The position numbers and the translations under genes are program-made. Of a stretch of 64,000 nucleotides of DNA, positions 27,201 through 41,734 are shown in pieces (position 1 is the stretch's first letter; each line of letters starts with the position of its first letter). Under the pieces are notes generated by a model. That model saw nothing but the letters and a program-made list of their open reading frames with translations, was not told the origin of the DNA and did no database searches. Origin of the DNA: Owenia fusiformis (Eukaryota); NCBI GenBank assembly GCA_903813345.2, contig CAIIXF020000001.1, positions 186,001-250,000 on the forward strand. Reading direction: 5' to 3'.

Positions 27201-30200
27201 ATATTGTTATGTTTGATTAATAATCAATAGGTGGTAAACATAAAACCTGTTAATGTAAGTGTATCTTAAAGGAGGGGGAGTTGTTTGTAGAATGAATCAT
27301 GCATTTCACTTATGTTTTTCATCCAAAAACATCAATACACTTTAAAACATTTTATTGAATATCAAGATTGCACCATATAATCTCAAAAAATATTTCTCAT
27401 TTTCAAGGATTATTTATGGATTAGCACCCAGGTATTTTCATTTTCAAACTTCAGAGGACTGGGAATCAATGATCCTATTCGCTTTTGAATAATATAAATG
27501 CTGTTTGAAATAGGTTTCATGTATGCCAATAATCTCTCAAATTGTCTAAATGGTACCCATTCTTTGAACCCTAGAATTTGAGGAATACCCCATAGAAATC
27601 CAATTGTACAGTTCCAAGCATTATTTGAGATAACAGCAAAGTAAATCTTTAATACACACTTTTTGGGTTGCGATATAAACCAAAACAAGCCAATAAGGTG
27701 TGTATTAAAGATTTATTTACTTATAGACAAGCCTCAACAGACAAGATTTTAGGATGGAAATTCAAAAATCGCCTCCTTTACATTTACCCAAAATGCCAAA
27801 AAACTAATCAGTTTCAAACTTTCATATGTAGAAACTAGGGATGTCATGATTTCCTAATATTGTCCCTTCAATCAGGACCTAAGCGTAACCTATGTACTGA
27901 AGATTTTGGTCCATGTTGAGGATATACTAATCACCCTGTAACCCTAAAACTTCCCAAATACACGATGAATATGATTGACTTACAATTTTCTTTTGTATTA
28001 ACAAATTCCCTGCCGGATTACGTTCATGCGTAAATTCCATTTTGTTGCAATTGCTTACTATAATTGATTATATTAAACAAAAATTCCATTTTGTTGCAAT
28101 TGCTTACTATAATTGATTATATTAAACAAAAATTCCATTTTGTTGCAATTGCTTACTATAATTGATTATATTAAACAAAAATTCCATTTTGTTGCAATTG
28201 CTTACTATAATTGATTATATTAAACAAAAATTCCATTTTGTTGCAATTGCTTACTATAATTGATTATATTAAACAAAAATTCCATTTTGTTGCAATTGCT
28301 TACTATAATTGATTATATTAAACAAAAATTCCATTTTGTTGCAATTGCTTACTATAATTGATTATATTAAACAAAAATTCCATTTTGTTGCAATTGCTTA
28401 CTATAATTGATTATATTAAACAAAAATTCCATTTTGTTGCAATTGCTTACTATAATTGATTATATTAAACAAAAATTCCATTTTGTTGCAATTGCTTACA
28501 ATAATTGATTATATTAAACAAAAATTCCATTTTGTTGCAATTGCTTACTATAATTGATTATATTAAACAAAAATTCCATTTTGTTGCAATTGCTTCACTG
28601 GGGATGAACTGGAAACGAGGGAGGTTTTGCCTCGTATCAAAATGGCGGCGCGTGAAAAAATTTCATTCGGTAAGATTTTTGTTTTTTACAATTTTCGTGC
28701 TTTTATCCTTCAAATTAAAACTTAATATTTGGCAAGTAAATAGTTCATAAGTTCCGGTTTTATAATATTATTACAAATTAGAGATCAATACTGGCATTGC
28801 TGAGATATTTACATATCAATTCTCTCACTTAGGAAACGAGGCATGTTTCTCAAGGAAACGAGGCAGCTATATAGCATTCTTAAGAATGAAACGAGGCAAC
28901 CATATTTAATTAAAAATGTTTTGTTTTTATTACAGAACGGGGCCTACAAAAAGAAGCGTCCCTGTTCAAATGCTATTTCTGTAACACAGGAAACGACAAC
29001 GTTGCTGATATTGTATACCCACGGTTATGGGAAGTCCTCCATATATTACTTATATTATTTGTCAGGTTACGCAGCTTCCATCCAAAATAAAAAATATGTA
29101 TTTTAAAAATAAATTATTTGTCTAGTTTTCGCTAAACAAATATCCTGAGACACATAGGGCCTGTAGAAAACACTAAATAGAAAAATAAAAAATATTCATA
29201 CCTCAAAATCTGCTTTATTGGTCAGATAATGCACCAAATCATAATGGTTGTTCAAAATAAAAATTTAAGGGGACGGAGTGTCTTATCTCGCGAGAATAAA
29301 GCAAATCACGCAAAGGCGAGCATGCGCATAACGGTACCCGGAAACATGGCTCAGTTTTTTTTCGACCAATCAAATAGCTTGAAATTTACCAAACCATTTC
29401 GTCCAGTGTTTCACAACCTGAAGTAGGTCATGACACATGCGCAGTAGAAATTGTCAATTTACTGAGCGGACCTTTCAATGGCCTGGAGAAATTTTACTCA
29501 CGAGAATTGATGATTACTGAACACATATAGGCATAAGAGGTGAGCGACCCAGTTATTTTTGCGTATAAATGTTTCAAGAATAGCATGATATCAAATAATC
29601 TGTACAGTATGCTACGATTCATTCAAAAATTGAATCTAGAGGACAGGTGACCATATTTTTCATATTTTTTTAATTCTTAGTCGCATAACCTGGTGTATAT
29701 ACCTCCTAGATGGAGGACTTCCCACTATCCGTGTGTATTCCATATGATGCAACAGCATGATGGTAATCTCTCTGTACGGAAACGAACGTTAGATGAGAAA
29801 ACAGGTTCATTTGTATACACGTCTCATCATTTTGGCGTTGCCATTGAACGTGTAAGAACGCTTAAGAAGGAAGGGCATACTGTGATGATAAATTCTGATA
29901 TGCAGTTGAGAATAAAACGACGGATCGAGAGAGAATCAAGTAAATATATATTCAAATTATTAACAGTTTGATTGTGTTTTGTTGGTTAATAGCAACTGAG
30001 TTTCTATATGGTATGCCTTTGGGCGAATGTTCCCCTTTATAAAGGCGCACATGAGCGTTTATTTCCTTCTATTAACTTATGTCGCAAAACTTGTAAATGT
30101 TTTATACTTGATCGCAAATGGAGTTATGAATTGCCAGAAATGTAAAATTATTTTGACTACCCTGTACGAGGTATGCATATAAGGAGTTATTAATGTGCCC

Positions 30201-33200
30201 TAAACCAGGGTCCCTCTACATCCCGCTTTACATGTACATGTAGCAGTATAAGCTGCTATCAGATATATTCTTTATAGTAATGGCATTTTCTTTATTTTCA
30301 TTTTCAGGTGTAAACATCTCAAATTCTGATTCATTGTACCTGTATATGATGTGATTGCTTTTGCGTGCATTGGAACAACTTAACGCGCAAATAGTGTACA
30401 TGTAACATTTTATGTTATACTGTTGTAATCCGATCCTTTCAAAATGATGAACAAGGTATTGGTACTTTATTTGCTTGCATTCGACGCTCACCAGAACACC
30501 CCCCCCCACCCAATCAAAAGCTGGCTACACAACCCTGTAATACGCATGGCCCACATTTGAATTCAACCATGGAAATTAAGCTTCATCCATGTTGTCTTGC
30601 TCTGAAAGATAAATGACCAGTGTAGCGCTTTATGAACAATATGGTTATTCTTTTTAACTCTTACATATATAATCATGTATATCGTGTAAAACGTAATCGG
30701 TCGTATGTGACCAGAACGGTGGAAATAAGATCATTAAATGTAGACACTATCACAGAAAGAATAGTTGCCTCGTTGCAAGTCAAACATTGCCTCGTTTCAT
30801 TGTTACAAAATGTAGACAGGTGCCTCGTTTCCTAAGTGAGAGAATTGAAATGTAAATATCTCATCAATGTCTGTATTGATTTCTAATTTGCAATCATATT
30901 ATAAAACCGGAACTTATAAGCTATTTACTTGCCAAATATTAAGTTTTAATTTGAAGGATAAAAGCACGAAAATAGTAAAAAACAAAAATCTTACCGAATG
31001 AAATGTTTTCACGCGCCGCCATTTTGATACGAGGCAAAACCTCCCTCGTTTCCAGTTCATCCCCAGTGTGCTTACTATAATTGATTATATTAAACAAAAA
31101 TTCCATTTTGTTGCAATTGCTTACTATAATTGATTATATTAAACAAAAATTCCATTTTGTTGCAATTGCTTACTATAATTGATTATATTAAACAAAAATT
31201 CCATTTTGTTGCAATTGCTTACTATAATTGATTATATTAAACAAAAATTCCATTTTGTTGCAATTGCTTACTATAATTGATTATATTAAACAAAAAGAGC
31301 CAAATGAGCATAACTGAAAGTACGAAAAATGTTAGTTGTTGAACTCTTTTAAAGTTATTAAAGGTCGCATATAACGATAAAAGTGATTTTCACTCCATAT
31401 TAAAAGCTTTCATACAGCAATTTGCTGTGTATATAACACTTATTTGTACATACGCACTTAGAGTGAATATTCATCTTTCATTCCATATAAAGAGTACAGA
31501 AATTGATCAAATATTGATGGAGTGGGAGTTGTTACAATGACCCCCTACAGTTAGAGTTATTTTGTATATAAATGTGAAATAATTTGGGGAATCCACTAAC
31601 AGTTTGTCATCGTGACATTTGTTTTGGGGAATTCCTAACAACAGTCAAATACTTTCACTCTCATTATTAGAGCAAATAGCGTATTTATTGCATTTAATTG
31701 ATTGAAATGAATCTAATTGATGATATACTTAAAAAACTCATTTTTATTGTGTTCTTAGCCCTTGATAGTTATATACATCCTTTAACTATTTATTCGTTAT
31801 ATCCTGTCAAAAATGGATGATTCCCATCCTAACCCAAAATATTTTTGTCCCATGACATCATTACTAGAAACATCCCTGAAAATTTCAGATGAATCCAACA
31901 AAATGTTTAGCTGGAAACCTGTAGACAAGATTCATTGGGATACCCCTTCGCCCATCCACCTGATAAAAACTGATCACAATATAGCAACCCAAGGGTGCAA
32001 TAAAAATAACATTCATACAATTCTTTATAAATACCACAACATATACATAAAAAACAGGCACAGACATCCATATATTAAACCAGTCTCTCCCCATCATTAG
32101 TTTGGCAACCAGGAGTTTTCATTGAATGGCATATGAAAGTCATGTAAATGTTTGAATCTTCATTTTATTGAATTAGTGTTTAAAATCACCAAACATACAT
32201 AGGCTTTAATGAGTAATCAAAAAGGGGAATAACAGTTGGCAAACCTTTTGAAGGGAAGTGGTGAGAATGAGACATGACACATGTGAGCTAAGAATATGTT
32301 ATATATACAGTATATTATTATTATGTATGTATATGTCTAACCTGTGCAAGTTGGCGCCACATCAGGCATCCATGTACCATCCTGCCCACACTTTCTAACA
32401 TTGTTACCACTAACCATATAACCTTCACTACAGGAATATTGGGCCACATTGCCAAATGCATTACCATCTAATACCACACTGCCTTTATCTGGGGAATCAA
32501 GCTTATTGGGACACGTCACAACTGAAAATCAAAAACGCAATTAAGAATACTCCATTTTATAAACAATTGTAAAATATTAAAATTACTACAATTTGTTTGT
32601 TTCACAGATTGACTAATATTATGATACATGTACATGTATATTACTTAATCCTACCTGCATATGTCAATGTTATTTCAGTTGAAACTTTTTAATTCAAAAT
32701 GAGATACACATTTGTGACAATGGCATCATAAAAAATTTACAATAAAACCTGTCTAATCCAACCATCACTGGGAGCAGCCAGTGTTCAGCAGGTGTTCATA
32801 TTTCAAGGTTGTTTTTTAAAACATGTGGATCAATGGTAGGGATAAATAAACAAGGCACATGACGTGAACAAGATCACACCATCAAGAAACCTTCAAAATG
32901 GCCATCAGAAAACAAGATGGCCACTCAAAAGTCAATCAGCTCTAGAACTTGATATCCTCTATCATGTATGCAAATTTGAAGAAAATCTGATTTATCAGTT
33001 TTCCTGAAATCACGATGATAAGATTTATCAACAAAAACCTTCAAATGGCCACCAGAAAACAAGATGACCTCAAAAAAGTTAATCAGCTCTAGAACTTAAA
33101 ATACACTGAGGCTTCATGTCACCAAAGGTTCCACCTTGCATACGCTGCCTTATATCTTCATTCAATACAAAGCATCACTGTACTTACAGATACACTGAGG

Positions 33201-36200
33201 CTCCACACCACCCCAGGTTCCATCTAGCATATACTGCCTTATATCTCCCTTCAATACAAAGCATCACTGTACTTACAGATACACTGAGGCTCCACACCAC
33301 CCCAGGTTCCATCTTGCATATACTGCCTTATATCTCCCTTCAATACAAAGCATCACTGTACTTACAGATACACTGAGGCTCCACACCACCACAGGTTCCA
33401 TCTTGCATACACTGCCTTATATCTCCCTTCAATACAAAGCATCACTGTACTTACAGATACACTGAAGCTCCACACCACCCCAGGTTCCATCTTGCATAAA
33501 CTGCCTTATATCTCCCTTCAATACAAAGTATCACTGTACTTACAGATACACTGAGGCTCCACACCACCCCAGGTTCCATCTTGCATATACTGCCTTATAT
33601 CTCCTTTCAATACAAAGCATCACTGTACTTACAGATACACTGAGGCTCCACACCACCCCAGGTTCCATCTTGCATATACTGCCTTATATCTCCTTTCAAT
33701 ACAAAGCATCACTGTACTTACAGATACACTGAGGCTCCACACCACCCCAGGTTCCATCTAGCATACACTGCCTTATATCTCCCTTCAATACAAAGCATCA
33801 CTGTACTTACAGATACACTGAAGCTCCACACCACCCCAGGTTCCATCTAGCATACACTGCCTTATATCTCCCTTCAATACAAAGCATCACTGTACTTACA
33901 GATACACTGAGGCTCTACACCACCCCAGGTTCCACCTTGCATATACTGCCTTATATCTCACTTCAATACAAAGCATCACTGTACTTACAGATACACTGAA
34001 GCTCCACACCACCCCAGGTTCCATCTAGCATACACTGCCTTATATCTTCCTTCAATACAAAGCATCACTGTACTTACAGATACACTGAGGCTCCACACCA
34101 CCCCAGGTTCCATCTTGCATACACTGCCTTATATCTCCCTTCAATACAAAGCATCACTGTACTTACAGATACACTGAGGCTCTACACCAACCCAGGTTCC
34201 ATCTAGCATACACTGCCTTATATCTCCCTTCAATACAAAGCATCACTGTATTTACAGATACACTGAAGCTCTACACCACCCCAGGTTCCATCTTGCATAT
34301 ACAGCCTTATATCTCCCTTCAATACAAAGAATCACTGTACTTACAGATACACTGAGGCTCCACACCACCCCAGGTTCCATCTTGCATATACTGCCTTATA
34401 TCTCCCTTCAATACAAAGCATCACTGTACTTACAGATACACTGATGCTCTACATCACCTCAGGTTCCATCTAGCATACACTGCATTATATCTCCCTTCAA
34501 TACAAAGCATCACTGTACTTACAGATACACTGAGGCTCTACACCACCCCAGGTTCCATCTTGCATGCACTGCCTTATATCTCCCTTCAATACAAAGCATC
34601 ACTGTACTTACAGATATACTGAGGCTCTACACCACCCCAGGTTCCATCTTGCATACACTGCCTTATATCTCCCTTCAATACAAAGCATCACTGTACTTAC
34701 AGATACACTGAGGCTCCACACCACCCCAGGTTCCATCTTGCATATGCTGCCTTATATCTCACTTCAATACAAAGCATCACTGTACTTACAGATACATTGA
34801 GGCTCCACACCACCCCAGGTTCCATCTAGCATATACTGCCTTATATCTCCCTTCAATACAAAGCATCACTGTACTTACAGATACACTGAAGCTCCACACC
34901 AACCCAGGTTCCATCTTGCATATACTGCCTTATATCTCCCTTCAATACAAAGAATCACTGTACTTACAGATACACTGAGGCTCTACACCACCTCAGGTTC
35001 CATCTTGCATATACTGCCTTATATCTCCCTTCAATACAAAGCATCACTGTACTTACAGATACACTGAGGCTCTACACCACCCCAGGTTCCATCTAGCATA
35101 CACTGCCTTATATCTCCCTTCAATACAAAGCATCACTGTACTTACAGATACACTGAGGCTCTACACCACCCCAGGTTCCATCTTGCATATACTGCCTTAT
35201 ATCTCCCTTCAATACAAAGCATCACTGTACTTACAGATACACTGAGGCTCCACACCACCCCAGGTTCCATCTAGCATACACTGCCTTATATCTCCCTTCA
35301 ATACAAAGCATCACTGTACTTACAGATACACTGAGGCTCAACACCACCCCAGGTTCCATCTTGCATAAAGTGCCTTATATCTCCCTTCAATAAAAAGCAT
35401 CACTGTACTTACAGATACACTGAGGCTCTACACCACCCCAGGTTCCATCTAGCATACACTGCCTTATATCTCCCTTCAATACAAAGCATCACTGTACTTA
35501 CAGATACACTGAGGCTCTACACCACCCCAGGTTCCATCTTGCATATACTGCCTTATATCTCCCTTCAATACAAAGCATCACTGTACTTACAGATACACTG
35601 AGGCTCCACACCACCCCAGGTTCCATCTAGCATACACTGCCTTATATCTCCCTTCAATACAAAGCATCACTGTACTTACAGATACACTGAGGCTCCACAC
35701 CACCCCAGGTTCCATCTTGCATAAAGTGCCTTATATCTCCCTTCAATAAAAAGCATCACTGTACTTACAGATACACTGAGGCTCTACACCACCCCAGGTT
35801 CCATCTAGCATACACTGCCTTATATCTCCTTTCAATACAAAGCCAAAGTTGCATTCAAAGTTCACCATGTCACCAATCTCATAGAACTCTGTGGTTTTGT
35901 TGTAGTTTGTAATGAGTTTTCCATTGGCTGGGTAGCCAGGGTCACCACAGTATACTGGCTCACCTTCACCTGGAGAATCGACATGTTTTGTAGATATAAA
36001 TGGATGGAAAGACTTATGTTAAAAATATTAACTTGTACATTTCAATAAATGTATATGTACAAGGTGACACAAAAAATGCAACCCTCCATTTTTGCATTTT
36101 TGGTCACCCTATATATAAAATGAAGTTTCATTATCCTGAATTGTCATGAGTTGGGGATTTATAGATTCCTCCATCCTTATTATAAATAAAATGATACAAT

Positions 36201-39200
36201 TTTGACCTGGAAATTGATATACGTACAATGTTTTCCATGATTATTTCACCCTCCACAGCGCACGAACATGTATTAGGAAATGAAATGCTTACCCCCAACA
36301 CAGTTTGGTGTTGACCCTGACCATGTCTGATCAGCCTTGCATGTCCTGGTGTTGGCTGGGGTGTCCAATGCGTAGCCATCTAGGCAGCCATATGTAGCTA
36401 CACTGCCAATCTGAAATGAGACAGAATGTAGAATCTCTCTTGGCACACAATGGGCTTCATAGAGAGCCTATTGGCATTTGGCAAAATGATCAATTGATGT
36501 TAAATGTTGAATGTTATCTTTAATCTTTATCCTATTACCTATTTACATACATAGCTAGTTCCTTGAACTGTATATCATATGTGTATTTATCAATTGCCTT
36601 TTGTAGATGTGGAACAAATGGGATAATTCTTTATAAAAATGAATTTTTAAAACACAGGAACCAAGAATTTGAGAAAAAAACAAAATGATGAAAATAGGAA
36701 GAGAAGAAAGTAGATCTTACTTCAGCTCCACTTGTGAGGCGGAGATATCCAAAAGCAGGTACACCAGGGTCTCCACACTGTATAAACCCACAGCTATCAG
36801 ACTGACCCTCCCAGGTGCCATCTGCCTTACACACATAGCTATTCTCCACCCTCCCTGATCTCAGTGACAGGCCACCCTGACACTTTTGCTTAGCAACACA
36901 ACCAGTGCAGAAGTACTCATCCTTGTTGCTAAGGAAACCATTGTCAAGATTGGGAATTTTGGCAGCATCACATCCAACAACTATTTCAAAAAAAAAGAGA
37001 ATTAATTAATACAGTAAAATGTGTTTAGATATACAAGTTTTACTGTACACAAACCATTTTACAAACAATATTTAAAGGGATCTGCATTGTAATTGTTGGT
37101 CCATTTATTGTACCTTTGTAGCTGATCCAGAATCCTTTTTCCTTTCTGTTAGACAGAAACAGATTTGTTTTAAATAGAATGGTCACTTCATTACTGGTGC
37201 TCACATAGGGTGCCTGAGGGGATGATCCACAGTACCTGATAACATAAGAATATATAACAAAATAAAATATAGAAACAACCATCAAAATCAAATGTTTGTA
37301 AATATTTTACATGGATGCTGGGATTTCTGCATTCATCCCTGAAGGATATATTGAGAAAAATATGTTAATTTGAAGTGAAGTAGTTTCAAAGGCTTTTTAA
37401 ATCATTATTTGCTCCAAATGACAGTTGCCTTTCATGCATCCTAATAACACCAACACATTCATGAACATAGAGGCTAAGGAATCCACCAAACAAGCTCTAT
37501 GAATTACTTAATACACTAATCTCAGTACCTTTTAGATGTGCCATCTTTGTTTATTACATCCAAATAGTCAGCATCACCACATTTGCTCCCAGTATAGACT
37601 GCAAACTCATTAAAGGTGATGCGAACCCTCTGCCCTAGCCCTGCTTTGACCTTCCAAGGACAGTTTAGAAGAGCACTGTACTTCCTTGGGTAGTTAGGGC
37701 TGAATATATCACCCTCAGGGAGTGGCATCTGGTCTGACCCACAGGTGGCAAAAGCTAAAGATAACAAAGATAGGGCAGTAATATCTATGTATCAGTTATG
37801 TATATGTGTATGTTGTGAAAATTAAAACAGACAAAAAGCCCAAAGTTTATAAATATTTTTGCATTCTATTGTTCAGGTGATATACAAAAATTCATTGCAA
37901 TCTCTGTGTGTGAGAATAGTAATATGATATGCCATTAAGCCCATTACCTTTATATTTAAGTGAGAATCCTTTAGCACTGGGTACAGCACTCTTACGCTTC
38001 AACTCTAAACAGACCCAGACACCACTTGAGAAAAACACATCTGGCAGTTTGTCCTGAATTCTTGCACTTGACACAGAACTGGTAAAAGCAGGAGAAATGA
38101 AAAATGTACATGTACGTGGTTGGACATTAACATATTCTACTTGAATAAATGTACATATATATGGTTGACCTGATTAAAACATTCTACTTTCCATATTCTC
38201 AATAATTAGTGCCCAGGGTATTTAGCAAATTTAAAATACATCCTTCAGATCATTCTAATAAGCGCCCATATATGAAGTCAAAATTCCCCGGGAATTTCAT
38301 GCATGGCAATTTTTCCTGCCAAGAATGCCATATTTGCAACATCAAAACAAAGTAACAGCATAGTTTTACAATAAAAAGCAAGGATTTAAGTAGACAATAT
38401 AGACAGAGATTGAAGAAATCCCCAACAGGGTCCCTCAAATGGGAGGTATTGTTTTCCCCCGATTATCTTCCATATTTCCACTAGAGACTGTTGGATATAA
38501 ATCTCAAGTTATACCTTATCTTTTTAATTTGATGATAGTCTTTTTTGAAAGTCATGTTAAAGGCGAGAAATGTTAAAAAGAAACGTGAAATGTGACAATG
38601 TTTTAACGTGGGCAGACGAAACTATTTTGGTAAAATGCCGATCAGAATTCCTAACCTTGACCTAATACCCTTCATTCATTATAGACTATTTTGAGATAAT
38701 ATTAGTTTAGTATGATGAGGGGAGCACCCAATGATAGATTCATTGGGAGGATGCACCAAATTACAAAATGTGTCACGTTTACGGCAGTTTAGTATAAGTA
38801 CTCTAGTATTGCCCACTCAAAGGACGATTCTCGGTTTGGAGAACGAAGTTCATCAATCTAAATGAGCATTATCCCTGCTTCGGACAAATTTGATTTTTTT
38901 TACATAACATAGATTTGAGTGTCTTCTTTTGAATAGTCATAATTTAATTTGGGTAATATTTCTAGATTTTTCGCAAAAAAATATTAGCGCAGCACACTGA
39001 TGAACTTCTTTCCTCAAATCGAGACTTGTATTTTATTGAATCGGTCTAATTGAGCGTTATCCCTGCTTCAGACCAAGTTGTTATTTTTACATCTTGTAGA
39101 TTTAAATGTCTTCTTTTGAATATTCATAATTTAATTTGGGTAATATTTCTATATTTTTCATGAAAAAAATTATTAGCCCAGGAGACTGTTCTCCAAACCG

Positions 39201-41695
39201 AGAATCGTCCTTTCTTTGGAAATTCAATTTTTTCTGATGTACATGTACATGGTTGGCCATTAAAACATTCAACTTAATAACGCAGATGCGAGTAGGTAGT
39301 TACCAGTTTCACCACCAGGTGGCTCGTTCGGGTCAGATAGCATGGCGGGTATAGAAGAAAGTTCCCTTTAACTTAAATTACATCTGTTTTAGTGCTTCTA
39401 TTTTCATATAACCCTTATGTATCTAATAGTCATGCAAATTAAAATATGTCCAGTAAAAGAAAATGTTATCTGTCCAACACAAGAAAAGATATTTCACTTT
39501 TTCTGATTTTGTAACATGGGGTCTATGGGGAATCAACCCGAACAAGAAGTCACATTTTCAAAAAAAATTAAATTTTCAAAGTTGATAAACAACTTTCGAA
39601 ACCATATTTTTAGATGTACTTTAACATGTAGATTTCAAATATGATATCACTTTGACTGAATTTTGAATATTTAATGACGTAAATCAAGATTATTTCTACT
39701 TGCATCTAGTCTATTGTGGAGCTGGCTTCTCTGAAGTTGTGAGAATAATCTTTATGAATCTTGGAGTATTATCTTAATTTGGGACTTTAACCTTCTTGAA
39801 TTTAGAAACAAACGTTCCTGAATTTAAATGCATAATCTTCATAAATCTAAAAGGACCTTTCAGGAAGAATCTTGGAGTATTATCTTAATTTGGGACTTTA
39901 ACCTTCTTGAATTTAGAAACATAAACGTTCATGAATTTAAATGCATAATCCTCATAAATCTAAAAGGACCTTTCAGGAAGAATCTTGGAGTATTATCTTA
40001 ATTTGGGACTATAACCTTCTTGAATTTAGAAACATAAACGTTCCTGAATTTAAATGCATAATCTTCATAAATCTAAAAGGAGCATAATACAAGTATTCAT
40101 GAATGTAGGATCACATGTAATATTCCTGGATTTCCTCAATGTATTAGCCTGGGTTACACCGAAAATATGTAAGAGTAGTGATATGTTGAATCAATTCCTA
40201 TCAACTCATAATGTAAGTACTGGTATACAAGGGAAGTAATAGATTATGACATAATCTTACTTGTATCTCCTGAGTCTCCTGCTGGGAGCTACAAGGACAT
40301 TGTCACTGCAATATGGCCCATCATAGATGGTTAACACATCTCCCTTGTTTAGCTTTACATCAGTTAGATATAACCTGGAGCGGAACCCAGTTGGGACCCT
40401 AATCTATAAATTGAACATTTTGAGACATTACACTTTGGTTAAGTATTACATACTCTTAATTTCATCATGAGCAATTCAAGAGCTAGTTTGAAAGCCCATG
40501 ATTCCATTTCAAACATAATATATGTTAGAATTGGAAGACTGGTTGATAAATATTTTCAACATCCTGGTAGTGTAAAAGAGGTGATCATTTAATTTCTTAT
40601 ATGAGAGTGATATTTATGAACACCCCTCATATATTCTAAATCCTTATTATCATGTTTCATACCTTAAATTCCCTGAATCTTTCATGAAGTGGAATTATAT
40701 CCATTACAGTAATCATTTATAAATTAGTTCCCACCTTGTTAATACATAGATCTCCTGGTGTGTTGTAAGGTTTGGGGTAATTCTCTGAGGTGATTAGTCC
40801 TTCCATTCTATAGGCCCAGTTACTTCCACACTTTGACACTGAAATAGAGCAACATTGCAATGACTTTAGAACACATCCACTATTTACACGCCACAAAATG
40901 AAATACATGTGTTCATCATACAAACAAACATCCTAGGAACCTTATAAATGTGACTAATGGGTAACATTTGTCATTAACAGATGATATGACCAAAAACAAA
41001 CACCGTATATGTCAATAATGCTATTTTATAATCAACCTACCTACAGGTGGTGCTGTTGGAATAGTCCTTGGGATAAGTCTGGTTGTTGTAACTTGGACTA
41101 AAATAAATATTCAACATTCAGATAGAAAACATTTGGTTCAGATATGAAACATTCAAATAAAGTAAATCCTGCGAACCAGGAATGCCCTCCTGACTGACCA
41201 AAACTGTTAGACATGCGTTCCCTATAGAGAGGTTTCAAGTTTTGGGTTACCCCAAAATGAACCCCAGTGAAAAGTCGTTTGCGGGCCAAAAACGTCACAA
41301 AACATTTAAATATTGCTTGGCTACCATGTGTATTAAAATGAAACAGTTGCCATATTACTGATTAGATGACATGTCCAAATACATCCATTATTAATTATTT
41401 TGACCACGATGTCGACTGTATCATCCTATCGATAAGTGCGGGACGTCGACTATAGTCAACTTTGCACACATACTATTCTGTATACCCTATATAGCACACA
41501 TACAATTCTGTATTTTCATTCTATTCATAGATGTCAGGCTATGTCTAGCCCCATGGATTATATTTGTACTAGACGAAACAAGAACAAACAGGAAGTTAAT
41601 GATATTTTCATAAAATAAATCAATGTTTTCTCCAATATTATTAGACTCCAGATTGAAAATCTGGAGTCTATTGTTTTTGCCAGTTTTCCTATTAT

Positions 41696-41734
<39 letters not shown>

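Noticed and set aside
28596-28640. RAG recombination signal (heptamer-spacer-nonamer) in the TIR
   Set aside because: Only CAC matches; no ACAAAAACC-like nonamer at 12/23 spacing in the correct orientation.
33116-34800. His/Tyr-rich plus-strand ORFs
   Set aside because: Chance frames through the 89-bp array, antisense to the exon-derived unit.
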